This document shows, in pieces, positions 1 to 12,913 of a stretch of 64,000 nt of DNA. Source of the stretch: Podarcis bocagei. Its lineage: Eukaryota. The stretch lies in assembly GCA_964188305.1 (NCBI GenBank), contig OZ076898.1; one strand, 5' to 3'. A model generated the notes under the pieces. That model ran no database searches. It was not told where the DNA came from and saw only the letters and a list, made by a program, of their open reading frames with translations. Numbering within the stretch: the stretch's first letter is position 1; each line of letters starts with the position of its first letter. The position numbers were made by a program, and so were the translations under genes.

Positions 1-887
1 CAGCCTTGAGGTGCTTGAGGGTGTCGGCTTCATTCCTCCAGTACTTCAGCAGCATTTGTGCTTGTCATGCCAGTGAAGAAAAAGTATGTGAGCTTCGCCA
101 AGCCAATGTCCCTGTTGTATCCCAGCTGTCCTTGAGTACTAAGCAAGGGATCCCTGTGTTAACAGCCGCCATCCCAAGAGCAGGTGTAGAGGATTGCTGT
201 GTCCATAACCCCCTCTCACCCTAGAGCAAATTTAGGGAACGTTTTTGTGTTTGTAAGTCCTAGCATAGAGGCAACAATGGTCTAGTCAATGCAACCACCC
301 ACCTCCACCCCAGAAGCAGCTGCCTTAGTCCCAGGCAAAAGTGTGTTGTCTGCTTGCGGGGTGTGGAGGCTGTTTGCCCTGGTGTGTGGCATCCACCCGG
401 CGATGTCAAACACCCGGGGGCCATGTTCGTTTCTGTGTTCCTCTAACTGAGACGCGCGGAGGAAAGAAAAAGCGAGAAAAAGGACAAAAACGCAGCACGA
501 CTCGGGGCCCCGAGGGGAGAGAAAGAAAAGGCAGGAAAATCAATAACTGGCAGGAACCAAAGAGAGAGGGGAGAGGATGAAGAAAAGGGAAAAGAAAGGA
601 AAGCTCATTGAGGGAGTGGGGAGAAGAGGCAGTGTGAGGGAAGTGGGGGCAGAAGTCTTACAGCAATGGGGGCAGAGCATTAGGAAGGCCTCTTGCGGTC
701 TTCTGGAGGATGTGGAATGCAGGCGAAAGCATCAGCAATAGCCGGCTTGCCTTTATGTGGTGTGGGTGTAAAGGCAGGAGCTGGCTGTGTGTGTGTGTTA
801 TTTCACATGCGTTTATTTAAGAGCTGGGACTTTGTCCATTCTATGGACTGCTTTGCAATGGTGAAATTCCTACATGCAGGGGGCCTA

Positions 888-1062
888 GGAACATAGGAAT
901 CTGCCTTTTACGGACCCAGATGACTATCTAGCTGAGCACTGTACACTGACTGGCAGCAGCTCTCTAGGATTTCAAGCTGGGGTTTCTCCCAGCCCTATGT
1001 GGAAAGGCTGGGAAGTGAACCTTCTCTGTTCAAAGTGAGTGCTCAACCATTGGGCTAGGGCA
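888..1062 (-). mobile_element. Degenerate squamate tRNA-derived SINE (Squam2-like)
   Basis: gaacataggaatctgcc...acactgactggcagcagctctc...ctcccagccc...tgctcaaccattgggcta resembles the reverse complement of a common squamate SINE. Confidence 0.55.
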
Positions 1063-1119
1063 TATTAATTCCTACACAGAAGTGGCATCTCTATAAGAAT
1101 TTATTCTTCTTATTATATA

Positions 1120-1276
1120 TTTGCCCTGTTTGGTGTACGTGGTTCTTCACTCCCCTGTTTTATACTCACAACAACCCTGTGAGGGAGTGGGGAAAGAGAA
1201 GGGGGGCAGGCACGGGGTCCATGGGTTTAGCGGCTGAGTGGGGATTTGACACTCTAGTCACTAGACCTGGCTCTTC
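1120..1276 (-). mobile_element. Degenerate tRNA-derived SINE (Squam3-like)
   Basis: ctcacaacaaccctgtgagg...ggctgagtggggatttga, shared with other copies in the window. Confidence 0.55.
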
Positions 1277-1429
1277 ACCCTTCTCATCTTGGCCAATGTG
1301 AAGGAGTCCGGGGGGGGGGGAGAGAGGGCAGTTATTTATTCCTAGTCCCCATGTGGGTACATGGTGCACTGCTCACTATTCATAATTTACAGAGCACTTT
1401 TAAAAAATCGACTTTGCAATCTACATTGC

Positions 1430-1580
1430 TTTCACAAACAAGCCTGCAAGGAAGCAGATTATCGGTAGTCCCATTTTACAGATGGGACAAATAGGGCTGC
1501 GGGGAAAACAACTTATCCAAGGCTGTACTAGTGATCCGTGGCAGAGACGCCTCTTGGACCAGCTCTCTAACCACTATGCA
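1430..1580 (-). mobile_element. MIR/CORE-SINE remnant
   Basis: Core motif cccattttacagatggg followed by acttatccaagg...ctctaaccactatg. Similar remnants at about 6430-6560 and 54520-54620. Confidence 0.5.
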
Positions 1581-2319
1581 TTGGCATATCTATTCACCCA
1601 CCCTTATTCTTTTCCCTCTTTGGGGTCTGTAAGATGGTATGGTCTCCATGTCTGTTCCTGATAGTGGTAGGGTGACAGGAGCATGAAGGGGGGGGAGGGG
1701 GGGTCTTTGCTTGCTGAAGGCCCTGATGAGCCGGGCAGAGCGCCGGCTTCTGATTGCACTCCCAGGAATAGAAACACTTCTGTGATTGCGGAAATTACTG
1801 TCTCCTCAGCAAAGAGGCACAGGGGATATATGGGCTTAACCTCCTCTCTTCCAACTGAGATCATACTTGTATTCCCACTTACCCTGGTGTCAAGCCTTGT
1901 TTTCATGTGGCCCCAGGGTAGACCAAGGAAGCCCATGCGTTTCAGTATTTAGTTTTCTGTGGTGAATGTGTGGGTTGACAGAAATGGTCTAAATACAGAC
2001 ATATGTGTATGTTTGCTTGCCTGATGTTGTTAACATCAGGGCTTTTGACTATGTATACAGTATTGCAGTTTAAAAAACCCTGGTGTTAAAGAAAAAGTCC
2101 TTGTTCTGTTTACTAGCAGATGTCTGCAAGTGAACCTCAAAGCGGGGTCACCTGAGGGAAAAGAAAGCCAGTGGACTAGCAGAACCCTGCCCCTAGTATG
2201 TGGGGAAAGAAGGGAACTATCCTGGGATATAATCAGCAATTACTAGAACACACTGGGTGCTCGAGACAGTGTGGCCATCAATATACTTCCCAGCAGATTT
2301 GTGCCAGATATTGCTAGTG

Positions 2320-2680
2320 AGAGGTTCCAATCCTGGCCTGACTGCACTGGCTGCCAATTAGTTTCCAGGCCCAATTCAAAGTGCTGGTGTTGACCTATAA
2401 AGCCTTGCACTGCTCAGGACCTCAATACCCAGAGAGACTCACCTGGTCCCATTATTACATGTCTTTAGGCACCAGGCAAAAACATTCCTCTTTATCCAGG
2501 TCTTTGGCCATTAAATAATCTAGGGACTGTTAAAGCAGGTTTGTGTGTGTGTGTGTTATTATGATTATATGATGATGACGACAACGATGCTATCTATTAT
2601 TATGTTTTTTATTGTGCTCCATAAAATATGTTCTTAATGTTGCACACCACTTTGGAATCTTTTGATAAAGGGCGATATAT
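2320..2680 (+). mobile_element. L2-type LINE 3' fragment
   Basis: ctgcactggctgccaattagtttccaggcccaattcaaagtgctggtgttgacctataaagcc encodes LHWLPISFQAQFKVLVLTYKA, the typical L2 ORF2 C-terminus. It is followed by 3'UTR-like sequence also seen at 22440-22690. Confidence 0.75.
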
Positions 2681-2685
2681 AGGTA

Positions 2686-2919
2686 CAGTGGTACCTCGGG
2701 TTAAGTACTTAATTCATTCCATTCTTAACCTGAAACTGTTCTTAACCTGAAGCACCACTTTAGCTAATGGGGCCTCCCGCTGCTGCCGCGCCGCTGGAGC
2801 ACAATTTCTGTTCTCATCCTGAAACAAAGTTCTTAACCTGAAGCACTATTTCTGGGTTAGCGGAGTCTGTAACCTGAAGCGTATGTAACCTGAAGCATAT
2901 GTAACCCAAGGTACCACTG
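2686..2919. mobile_element. Tc1/mariner (pogo/Tigger-type) MITE
   Basis: TIRs CAGTGGTACCTCGGGTTA / TAACCCAAGGTACCACTG flanked by TA on both sides. Confidence 0.85.
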
Positions 2920-3550
2920 TAGTAGTAGCAGTAGTAGTTGTAGTAGTAGTAATGTGTATGCATGGGAAGAAGCTACAGCTCAGTGGCTTTGGAACATAGT
3001 GTGTGGTGCCAGCTAGAGGGTAGGGGGCAGGGTGTTTGCACCCGGTGATCGCAAGATCATAGCTTTGTGTTCCAAATTAATTAACTCAGATTGCTTACAC
3101 AGCAGCCCTTTTATCTGGAACTGCCATCTTTGGATCATTCACTTTTCACTGAGCATCCAGACATCTTTGTCTTTCTGTTGCATCCCGGTGTTTTCTTCCC
3201 ATGTTTCTTCAGACCTGATCTGTGATCATCATCATTATTTTTGGTAATAAAACTTAATTGTAGCAGCCGCCGCTGATCTAGTTTGTCAGGCAAAGCAGTA
3301 CTGAGACTTAAGCAGCAGTGGAGCCCTCCTGCCACCGGCAGCACCGCAGCTTACCTTGAGGGAGCTGGGACCGGGGGGGGGGGGCTTAGCATGTGCAAGA
3401 CATGGGCTGCACAGATGCACTGGCAGAACCGGACTTGTGCTCCTGCTGGTGCATCTGTGCAACCCAGACCTTCTCTTCGCCCCAACTTTGCCAGAGGCAC
3501 AGTGTCACCATGGCTCTTCCCCACCACACCAACTGCAACTGCTTTTCAGT

Positions 3551-3682
3551 CAAGGGATGGGGAACCAATGGCCTTCCAGATGTTGCAGGACTACATCTCC
3601 CATCATCCCTGGCCATGCTGGCTGTGGCTGACAGGAGCTGTAGTCCAGCAACATCTGGAGGGCCACTCGTCCCCTGCCCCTG
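3551..3682. mobile_element. Palindromic hAT-type MITE
   Basis: Termini caagggatgggga / tcccctgcccctg, internal inverted repeat tccagatgttgcaggactaca / tgtagtccagcaacatctgga, 8-bp TSD ttttcagt / ttttaagt. Partial copies at about 4133-4266 and 29397-29510. Confidence 0.75.
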
Positions 3683-4344
3683 TTTTAAGTCCCTATTTGT
3701 CTAAAATTAAAGGATTCCTATTTACAGGTTCATCCTGTTTTATTGCTTCCTGATGTGCATGGGAGCAGATTAGAGGTGAATAGCCTTTAATGCACCTTTA
3801 ATCTGCTCCCATGCATCGTAATTGCCACTTGGATAGTCTCTTGGATTTGCTCCAGTGCTAATTTCTGTTCTGGGGTGGGGTGGGGGGAGGCTTTATATAT
3901 AGTTATTTCACTATAAAAATGAAGTGGGGGGAATAATGAAAGGAAATCAATAATTAAGGTCTCCCCCATCAGAACAGACTCTGACACTGAAGCAAATCAG
4001 AGAGGATATTCAAGGGACAATTAAGAGGCTATTCATCACTACTCCCCCATCAACCCTCATCAGGGGGAAAAAATAAAGCAGGCTGAATGTACAAGGAGGA
4101 AACTTTTAATTAATGTTGCCGGTATCCTCTGCTGAAGGGATGTAGAGCCTGTGCCGTCCTCCCCCGCCCCCCTGAGATGCTGCTGGAGTACAACTCCCAT
4201 CATCCCTGACCACTGGCTTTGCCGGCTGGGGCTGGTGGGAGCTGGGAGTCCAATGATATCTAGAGGACTTACTGAATAGTACCTACTTGTGAGCAAACAT
4301 GATGGGATGATCTTAACCATGGGGAAATGCATTCCTGCATAATA

Positions 4345-4570
4345 CAGTGGTACCTCGGGTTACATATGCTTCAGGTTACAGACTCCGCTAACGCAGAAAT
4401 AGTACCTCGGGTTAAGAACTTTGCTTCAGGATGAGAACAGAAATTGCGTGGTGGCGGCGCAGCAGCAGAGGAGGGCCCCATTAGCTAAAGTGGTGCTTCA
4501 GGTTAAGAACAGTTTCAGGTTAAGAACGGACCTCCAGAACGAATTAAGTACGTAACTAGAGGTACCACTG
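4345..4570. mobile_element. Second copy of the Tc1/mariner MITE, inverted relative to 2686-2919
   Basis: TA|CAGTGGTACCTCGGGTTA...GAGGTACCACTG|TA; the internal sequence is the reverse complement of the first copy. Confidence 0.85.
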
Positions 4571-6846
4571 TACAGTGCTACACTGTCCTGAGCTTTGAGC
4601 TGCCATTCCACCCGGCTGCAGCAGAGGAAGAGCGTGGCCAGTGCAGTGCTGCTGCCCTCCCAAGAGTCGCATTACCAGGATGGGGGTGGCAAGGTTGGGG
4701 CTGTGCAGGCCCACTGGTGGTGCCAATCTGGTGCACAGACCTAACCTTGCCACCCCATGCCCATCCTGGCCTGTTAAGTGGCAGCAACATTGCTGTTGAG
4801 AGGGTCCATGGGGCAGAGAGACCCACATCATCGGTTAGCCTGTGGGGCCAGCTGGCATTTGGTTCATTCTCGCTCTGAACTGTTTCCATTCAAGCTGGTA
4901 ATTATAAGAACAATTATGCGACTTTAATAACTTGTCCCTGAGTTTGCTTGTTTCAGATAGTAAGGCTGTGTGGGGAGAACCTGCTTTATTTTTAATTGGT
5001 GATTAGTATATTTTAAGCATTTAAAAATAATGTGATTGAATGGAGCTTCTGTGGAAGCTGTTTAAAATCTGTTTCTATCCAATTGCGGAAAAGCAGGGCT
5101 TTTCAGCTGTGCTAAGCTTAGGGCCCTGGCATGGAAGCAACCTCAGAATCATGATGGTTGCTTGGCTCTCTCCTGCAACTAGTAACGCAGATTGGCCTGG
5201 ACATTCCACATATGATCTACTGCAGCAGCGGAGGGAAAACTTCTCACTTCGCCACATTTTAAACCCCTGCAATGAAGTATGTAAAAAAGGGGCAGCTGAA
5301 AAGAGAGATGAATTGTCCATATGAAGTGATCTTACGATTGTCGTTTGGATATATGAAGAGAGATGTTACTGCATAGCGGCACTGTTGTGCGTTTGCACCT
5401 ATACCTCCTCAGAAAAGTGTTTGGCTGTCATGCGTGGTGTAAAAATGCACTGTGTCTGTGTATGTGTGTTAGTCTGAGGTGTGGTTATAATTGGGTTTGT
5501 CATCTGGTGAGCTGTGATATGTTAGGGAGCTCAGCATAAATGTATGAAGGGTTCCCTGACAAGTAGGCATAAAGTGTTCTTCTTTAGCCGTGCATTTCCA
5601 AACTGGGAATTAAGCACTATCTGACCTGCTTCATTTCTGCTTGTTTTAAGGCGCTGGTTTCTATTTTGGTCTTTATGGTAATTATTTACTGTTTTATTGG
5701 GAGTTGTATAACTTCGTAATATGTGATTTTTGTGACTGTAAGTGGCCTGGAGCGGTTATGCTGAAACAGGATATAAATTTGATGAAGAACAATATTAATA
5801 CGCAAGTGTCAATGCTTGGATGCCTGCTCCATGGGAACCTGCAAAAAGCTTCACTGCTGTTTGTGGATGTTTGGAAATCTTCACCTATATATATTTACTG
5901 TCTGGCATGTGTATAGCACATTTAATGTTCCCGATGGTTTTTATTGTTTCCACCAACACCCTGTGAGCAGTGCTGCAAATAATTCTCAATACTGGAGCTC
6001 CCTGTCCCTCTCGGCTACCCTCCTATCCATGCCTCACCTACTGCTCTTTGCTGCTGCTTCTCTTGCCCTATCACAGCTTCCACTGTGAGCTCATATTTGC
6101 AGCTTCAGAAATGATGCCCCCTTGTCAAGTGAGACAGAGTCATTGCTGTACTTTGCTATCTTCCTGGCACAAGGAGTCAATGGGAGGCTCTCTTTCCCCT
6201 CTTCAAACTACAGAGGAAAGGGCACCAATCCGGCGGTGGGGGGAGAGGGAGGGAGTGTGCCCACTCCATGAGTTAAACACTGTTCTATCATTGTTTCCTC
6301 ACTAACATTATATTGCCAGTAACTCTTCGGGATAAGAATGATGGTGAATAAAGTCACACGTAGCTCTGGCCATACAGCCTGTGTGCATTTGCCTTGTTAA
6401 TAACCTGGAGGCAACCAGGCAAGTGGATAACTGTAAGCCTGTCTGTGAGGTAGATCCATTTGACAGATAGCAAAATTGAGGACAAAAGGAACTTGCCCAG
6501 ATACTTTTGATCTAAGCAGGAACAGGCTGAGGACTCATGAGTCCTGTTCTTTGTCCACTGGGCCACATGGGCTGGTGTGTGTGTGTGACTTTCCCTTGGG
6601 ACGAGAGTGTGGTTTTCTATTTTGCTACAAAATATTGCCATTTCACCTTTCCATTAATAATGCTCAGAACAGCTAGTGTGATTTTTAAAAGAGATGATCA
6701 AGGCAAAACCGAACCAAATAATGGTATCCCTGGATGCATGGGTCAGTCTGCATGGGCAGGCAAGGGTGGTGTTCATGTTACTGGGTGCTGATGGAGATGA
6801 CAGGGGCCACACTTGCAAAATTTGCATTGCTGCAATGGAGGGAACC

Positions 6847-6850
<4 letters not shown>

Positions 6851-6922
<72 letters not shown>
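6851..6922. repeat. Compound microsatellite (TG)n(AG)n
   Basis: Directly visible. Confidence 0.95.
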
Positions 6923-6923
<1 letters not shown>

Positions 6924-7764
6924 ACCCATGTATCTATACAGTAATCTGCAGTATGTGGGGCTCTGTGTATGCTTGCATCTACATCCAGAGTGTGCCTCTC
7001 TCTAGCTTCCTCCCCACTCACCAGTCATGGGCATTTAGCACCTGCTGTCCAGGCTCTATATCCTGGTACTTCCTGCCTTGGCACAATTTGGTTCTCCTGC
7101 TGGTATCACAGCTTCTCAGGTAGATCAGAGCCCAGAGGAGATGGGGATGACAAGCAAGCTCTGTGCCAGGGATTTGTGTAATGTTCCCTTCTCAGCAAAC
7201 ACCTGGTAGGAATTATCCCCACATTTCTGCCCAGTTCAGCAGCTGCTATATGCCCCCCTTCAATCAGCTTGCCCTAGGGAGCCAATTGATGATCACCATG
7301 CTATTGCCAGGATTACAAACAGGGCTATGGGAGGAGCATGTTGGGATGGAGATCTGTGCACTGGTAGCAAGGAAGTCAGACCTCTAAACTGACCTCAAGC
7401 AGGTTACCTGTACAGGGCAACCTCTACCAGTAGGCTGGTGACAAGCCACAGTTGGAAAGCCCATCTCTATTGAGTTTAGGGCAATCAGGCATGTTCAGAG
7501 TCTAATTTCCAGGTCCTGTTTAAGTCCAGGAATGCAGTCCATACAAAAAAGAAGCATGAGGTGGTGAACAACAATGAGGCATGTATGGATGTGTAGACCT
7601 TGAGACCCAACCACTGGTGCCAAGAAATGCCTCTCCAGATCCCAGATAGATGAAGCAGAGAACCACATGGTGTGTTCCATTCAGGATCAGTCTATTATCT
7701 GTGCTTTGGAGAAGATTAGTGCCCTGATCAGGGAAAATATGGGATGCTCAGTCCTTGTGATACA

Positions 7765-7975
7765 GGAAGTAAGAGGAACCCTGCTGAATCAGTGCAAAGG
7801 CCCATCTAAGTCCAGCATTCTGTTTCCCCTAAAGGCCAAGCAGAAGCCTATGAGAAGCCCACAAGCAGGAAGTAAGACCAACAGTACTCCTGCTGCTGTT
7901 CCCTAGTGACTAATAATCAGAGGCCTTCTGCCACCAATTCTGGAAGCAGCATATAGCCATCATGACCGGTAGCCA
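7765..7975 (-). mobile_element. Old CR1-type LINE 3' fragment
   Basis: taagaggaaccctgctgaatcag...aggcccatctaagtccagcattctgtt resembles a reverse-complemented CR1 3' terminus of an older family. Confidence 0.5.
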
Positions 7976-9679
7976 TTTTAAAGGGGCAATGACCAGGTTT
8001 GGGGAGCAGGTGCCTATTCAGCTCAATGAGGAGTGCGAGGGAGGACTTTGATGGTTTACCTAGTGGTGCTTGGGATACTCAGGTCAGAGGATGCTTCTGG
8101 GCATGAAGGCCAATTTAGGAGGATAAGTCATAGCAGCAGCCACTAAGGACCAGCTGACTATACACTCCAGGGTGGTTGGTGGTGGTGGGAGCCTTGAGCC
8201 AATGTGACACACGTTAACATAAACCAATAGTGGGCACTCTGGAATGTATGAGAGATCCAGACTGGAACTGTCAACCACAAAAGCAGGCAAGGGCAGGCAG
8301 GGGACAAGGTGGGGAAAGTGGCATTAAGGTGGCTGGAGAGGTCCAGGCAGTGGTGTAGTGAAACAGGAGTGGGAGGAAAACAGAGCCTTTTTTGAAAGCA
8401 GGAACAATAACATCATCTGCCAGACTCCACACACACACCCCTCCAAGAGCAGGAGGAATAACATCATCTGCCAGGGTAACTGACAACTTCCTTGATCTGC
8501 CAAGTGAATGAAGCAATAACAAGGCTTTCAGCTTTTACTATTGCTTGTGAAAGATTAGTCAGGAAGGAATCAGGACAGCAGGTAGCATGGGAAGTGTGAG
8601 GACATATGTTATAGATTTTTGGGGTATAGATTATGGCAACTTCCCATGGGGCAATCATATCATTAAGGGGAAGGAGGACTAGTGGAATCCAATCTTGGCT
8701 TTATATTCACTGAGTGGGAAGAGCTCACATGGGTCTTGGGAGCCATTCCCGGTGCTTCTCCAAACTGCACAGCCAGAAGCCTACAGCCACTGAGGCCATC
8801 ACCTGAAAGGTGGTTCACTTGCAGAACACCAGGCCTTCCTATTATCCTTTGGGTCACAGTGACGAGATAGTCTGGCCAGAGGGGATTCTGGTCTGAGATC
8901 AAATGGTAATTCACTTTGCATTTCCTGTTTCAGGTTTGTAGTCCCTTATTATGGACTTGGGGAAATCAACCATACCAAGGGCTGGCCTTACCACAAAGCA
9001 GCAAGAAGCAGTTGCTTTGGAGCACAAATGGCAGGAGAGGCAGCATTCTAGTACAAATCTCAATAAAAGAAAATATCTGACAGATCCAGCATTCTAGGCA
9101 TGGACACCAAAGCAGATTGAGATCCGTTTTCAGATAAGCTTGGACAAAACCTCCCTGGTTAACCTTCTGAATTCAAAATGCCTGGATTTGGCAAGAGTCT
9201 GATGCAATTTTGCCTATTTTACTGCAGGGAAATATCTGTTGGCGCTGCTGTCCTCAGTGGGGCTTTAGCCTGTTGGTTTTTCTCCCTACTGTGACCAGCG
9301 AATTTGCCAGGTGGCAATAGACCAGGAGCCAGAAACTTGTTCAACACTGCGGACTGCATCAAAATAATATCATGAGCCAGAGGGCCATATCTAATTTGCA
9401 TATTAGAGCGGCACATAATTAACATACTTGGCATAGGATTTTCCTAAATGTGGCAGGTGGTGGCCATATTATTATAAACTATAATCCCCATAGCACGTAG
9501 TATGTGTGAAGGGTTTTGCAGTTATCTGTCCATCTCTTTGATCCTCACTGCAACTTGGTGAGGTGTCCCATTGGCATCCTTGTCGCAGTCTGCTTTGGGA
9601 AACAAGGTAACTTTTGAAAGTGAGGAGGGGATCTGGCTGCCACTTTTCAACATACAGTAATGATTTCCAGAAGGATATC

Positions 9680-9785
9680 TGTGTTGGTCTGTCGCAGCAA
9701 AAAACAGCTAAGGTTTTATGGCACCTTAAAAGACCGAAAGATTTATTACAGCATAAGTTTTCATGGACTAGAGTCCACCTTTTAA
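9680..9785. mobile_element. Penelope-like terminal fragment
   Basis: gtctgtcgcagcaaaaaac...ggcaccttaaaagac...gatttatt...cataagttttcatggactagagtccac; related sequence at 24830-25110. Confidence 0.45.
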
Positions 9786-12700
9786 TGTGGACATTATGGA
9801 CAATCTTCTTGACCATTCAACTCTTCAAAAAAGAGCAAAACATACAGCCTCCAGGGACTTAACTACAATTGTATCTGGTCATGTTGTTCCAATTGTCTCA
9901 ATACAAATGTTAGAGAACAGGTCTTTACTGCCTCTTATTATCCTATGCAGCAAGTTTATTTCTCAGAATGGGTATGACAAGCAAAACACCACTGTGCACT
10001 GCATTGCTTCTCAACAAATCACCCTTATTATTTCCCCCCTTTTGTTTGTTTAGAAAGCATCCTTGCTGTTGCTCTTTCTTGCCTCCAGTAGTTTTTGCTC
10101 CAGCCTAAGTACCATATTTTACCTTCACATCCATCTATAAGAGGTTTTCTGTGTTGTTGTTTTTTAGAGAGCTCCTAAACTGTGAAGAATCTGCACATTT
10201 TTTTCAGCGAAGAAAGAGAGACAGGTTCCTCTCCCTGACCTTGAAGGTTCCACTTCCTCATCCCATGTACTTGACTCATAATTAAAGTAATGTAAAGAAT
10301 TGCCAAGCAGAAAAAAAGTGTGTACCTCATTCTAGCTGGAATATGACGCAATCATTTTATTTTAAACACTTGCGCTTCATTTCACACATGCTGGAATACA
10401 CATTTTTCCCTATGCGGGTTTTATCTTCATGGGGGGGATTGTAACTTATGAAGGGTCTCTTGAGGTTGCCAAGCGTGCTAATGATTTACTTCAGGGGATT
10501 GTTTTGAGACAAAACATACTACAGATTTAAAGCAAGTTAAAACATGCTGTTTAAATGATAATAAATATGAAAAGAAACTTGAGCCAGTCCTGGGGGAGAG
10601 ATTCTAATTCAATAGACTCCTCTTAGGTGAGCTACGTTAGTTGGTAAGATGGGAGGGATGTCGTCACCTTGCCCAGAGTAAAAGATGAACAGAATAAGCA
10701 GCAGCTTAAAGGTTTCTGACATCTCAAAATGAGCATTCTGAGAGAGCTTTGATGTTGAAAGACCAAATAAAGTGGTCTAATGAGCGGTGTAAGCCCTAAT
10801 TAAAATTAGCATAGGCAAAATAAGACTCTTTCTTTGTAATGTCTTGTCCTATGATAAGGGTTTGTATGGAGTGGTTAATTGTTTAATTAGTTTTTTAAAA
10901 GATGGTTCTCTGAGGGTGGAACCACATGTTAGAAGGCTTGCTTTGTAACCATACAGCATCTAGCACAGTACATTACAATTGCTACAACAGGTAGAAAGAT
11001 CATTAAGTGGTCCACCAAGGCTCTCAACAATTTTCAACTGGTCCATGAGGGAAAATATTTGAGAGCCACTGCTCTAAGCTAACTTGCTACCCCCCAGTGC
11101 AGTGGAAGATGCTGCTCTGCCACACCTATGTTGAAGTAAAGATACAACTGCCAGTCCACTTAGATTTTATCTGCAGAAGGGGCCACCATCTTATCCCTTG
11201 CCTCAGGCAGCAAAATGTCTTGGGTGGCCCTGATGTGGGGATAGAGCATCAGAGGGGAAGGAGGGGGATGTTGAACCTGGCCTGCATCCCGCTTTCTTCC
11301 CATCAAGTGCACCCCTGGCTATTTTTACACTAGTTTATCCTAGCTGGGTTCTGGGCCTGAAAGTAAGACCAGCTGGGAGGGTTGCGGGGGGGGGGGGGGG
11401 AATCTGTAGGCATGAAACGTTTAAGAACCCCCACTCCTTGTGATTGTTTAATGTTGATGCCCCCCCCCCCCCGGCCGTCCACATTCATATTGCTTTGGCA
11501 AATGTGGGCTTGGAAACATACATATGCTAAGGTGACATGTAATGATCCAAAGTCCCTGGAAGTGTGGGCAGTGTGCAAGGGATTTCACTGCTCACTTTAG
11601 AGGCATAGTGGGAGACTAGGTAGTGGAAGGTTTTATTTTGGTTGCTGACAGTATAGATCTTTATCTGCTTCCCTTCCCTTCTCCCTCCCACCTCCACCTC
11701 AATTCCTTTGGGGCATCAAGAATTGTCCACCCGTCCATAAGGAATGTTTGAATGGGGAGCACCCCACTAGAATTTATCACCGACGTCCCGCTCAATAGTT
11801 TTTGCATCGTACTTATGGTCAAAAAGCCAAGCTATATAAGCAGCAGAACTGTATATGGCAGCTTTTATTGGACTGTGCCACTTCAGCCTGCAAGTAGGGA
11901 ATTGCATATCTGAATACTCACTGCCCCTCCTCGGAAATATTATTCCCTCGCCCCCTGGAACATAAATAATAAACATGCTGGGAAAGAATAGGATAGAGCT
12001 GTTCTCCTTGACATGCTCATTTTTTTTACATGCCAACAGATTATTATGGATGGGAGCATTCAAAATGCAATCACACCCTTCAATGGGAAGGATTCCACTT
12101 CAGCAAGAAGTGAACCACATGATGCTCCTGGCCACACAGTTCATCATTATCACAACACATGCTTTTTATGCAGCCTTTGGGTCTGGGGCACACCCACAAC
12201 ACTACCATAAAACAGACAAACCAGGAGTCTAATTAAAGAGCCATACAGGAATTCATCTCCCCTCCAGCTGATTGACAAGTGCTCTGAGGAGGCTCTGCCT
12301 GCAGCCAGCAACTTGGTTTGATTCCCTGAGTAATTTGGAACTCTCTTATTGCATGCTGTGATTGTGATTTTTTAAATTATTTTTTGTAGTGTGTATGTGC
12401 GGGGGGAACCTAGTGTATAGATTTGTATAGCCACCAACCAATGAGCAGATCTGTACTGCCGATGCTGGTGGGATTTGGAGTGGGATTTGGCTGCTCGTGC
12501 CTGACAGACAAATAAAAATGAAATGAAATGAAATGAAATGGAAATAGTGCCAGTCACAGGCAAAGAGGGACAGGACCATGCACATGTGTTGGAATAATCT
12601 CCTGAGGGTACAGTGGCAGAATGAGGGTAACATACCAACCGTACATGAACCTGTTGCCTTGTGTGATGCTACTGGAACCAATGACAGGTAGGGAGTCAGG

Positions 12701-12838
12701 CTCACTCTGATAAATAATTTGGGAATCTGCCCTAGAGCTGGCCAGGATATAAATAATAATAATCTGAATGGGTTTTTATCAATATGTAGGAGGACTGTCT
12801 ACATATTATTGGGCAAACCTGATGTATCCAAAAGGAAA

Positions 12839-12910
<72 letters not shown>
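12839..12910. repeat. Compound microsatellite (TG)n(AG)n
   Basis: Directly visible. Confidence 0.95.
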
Positions 12911-12913
<3 letters not shown>

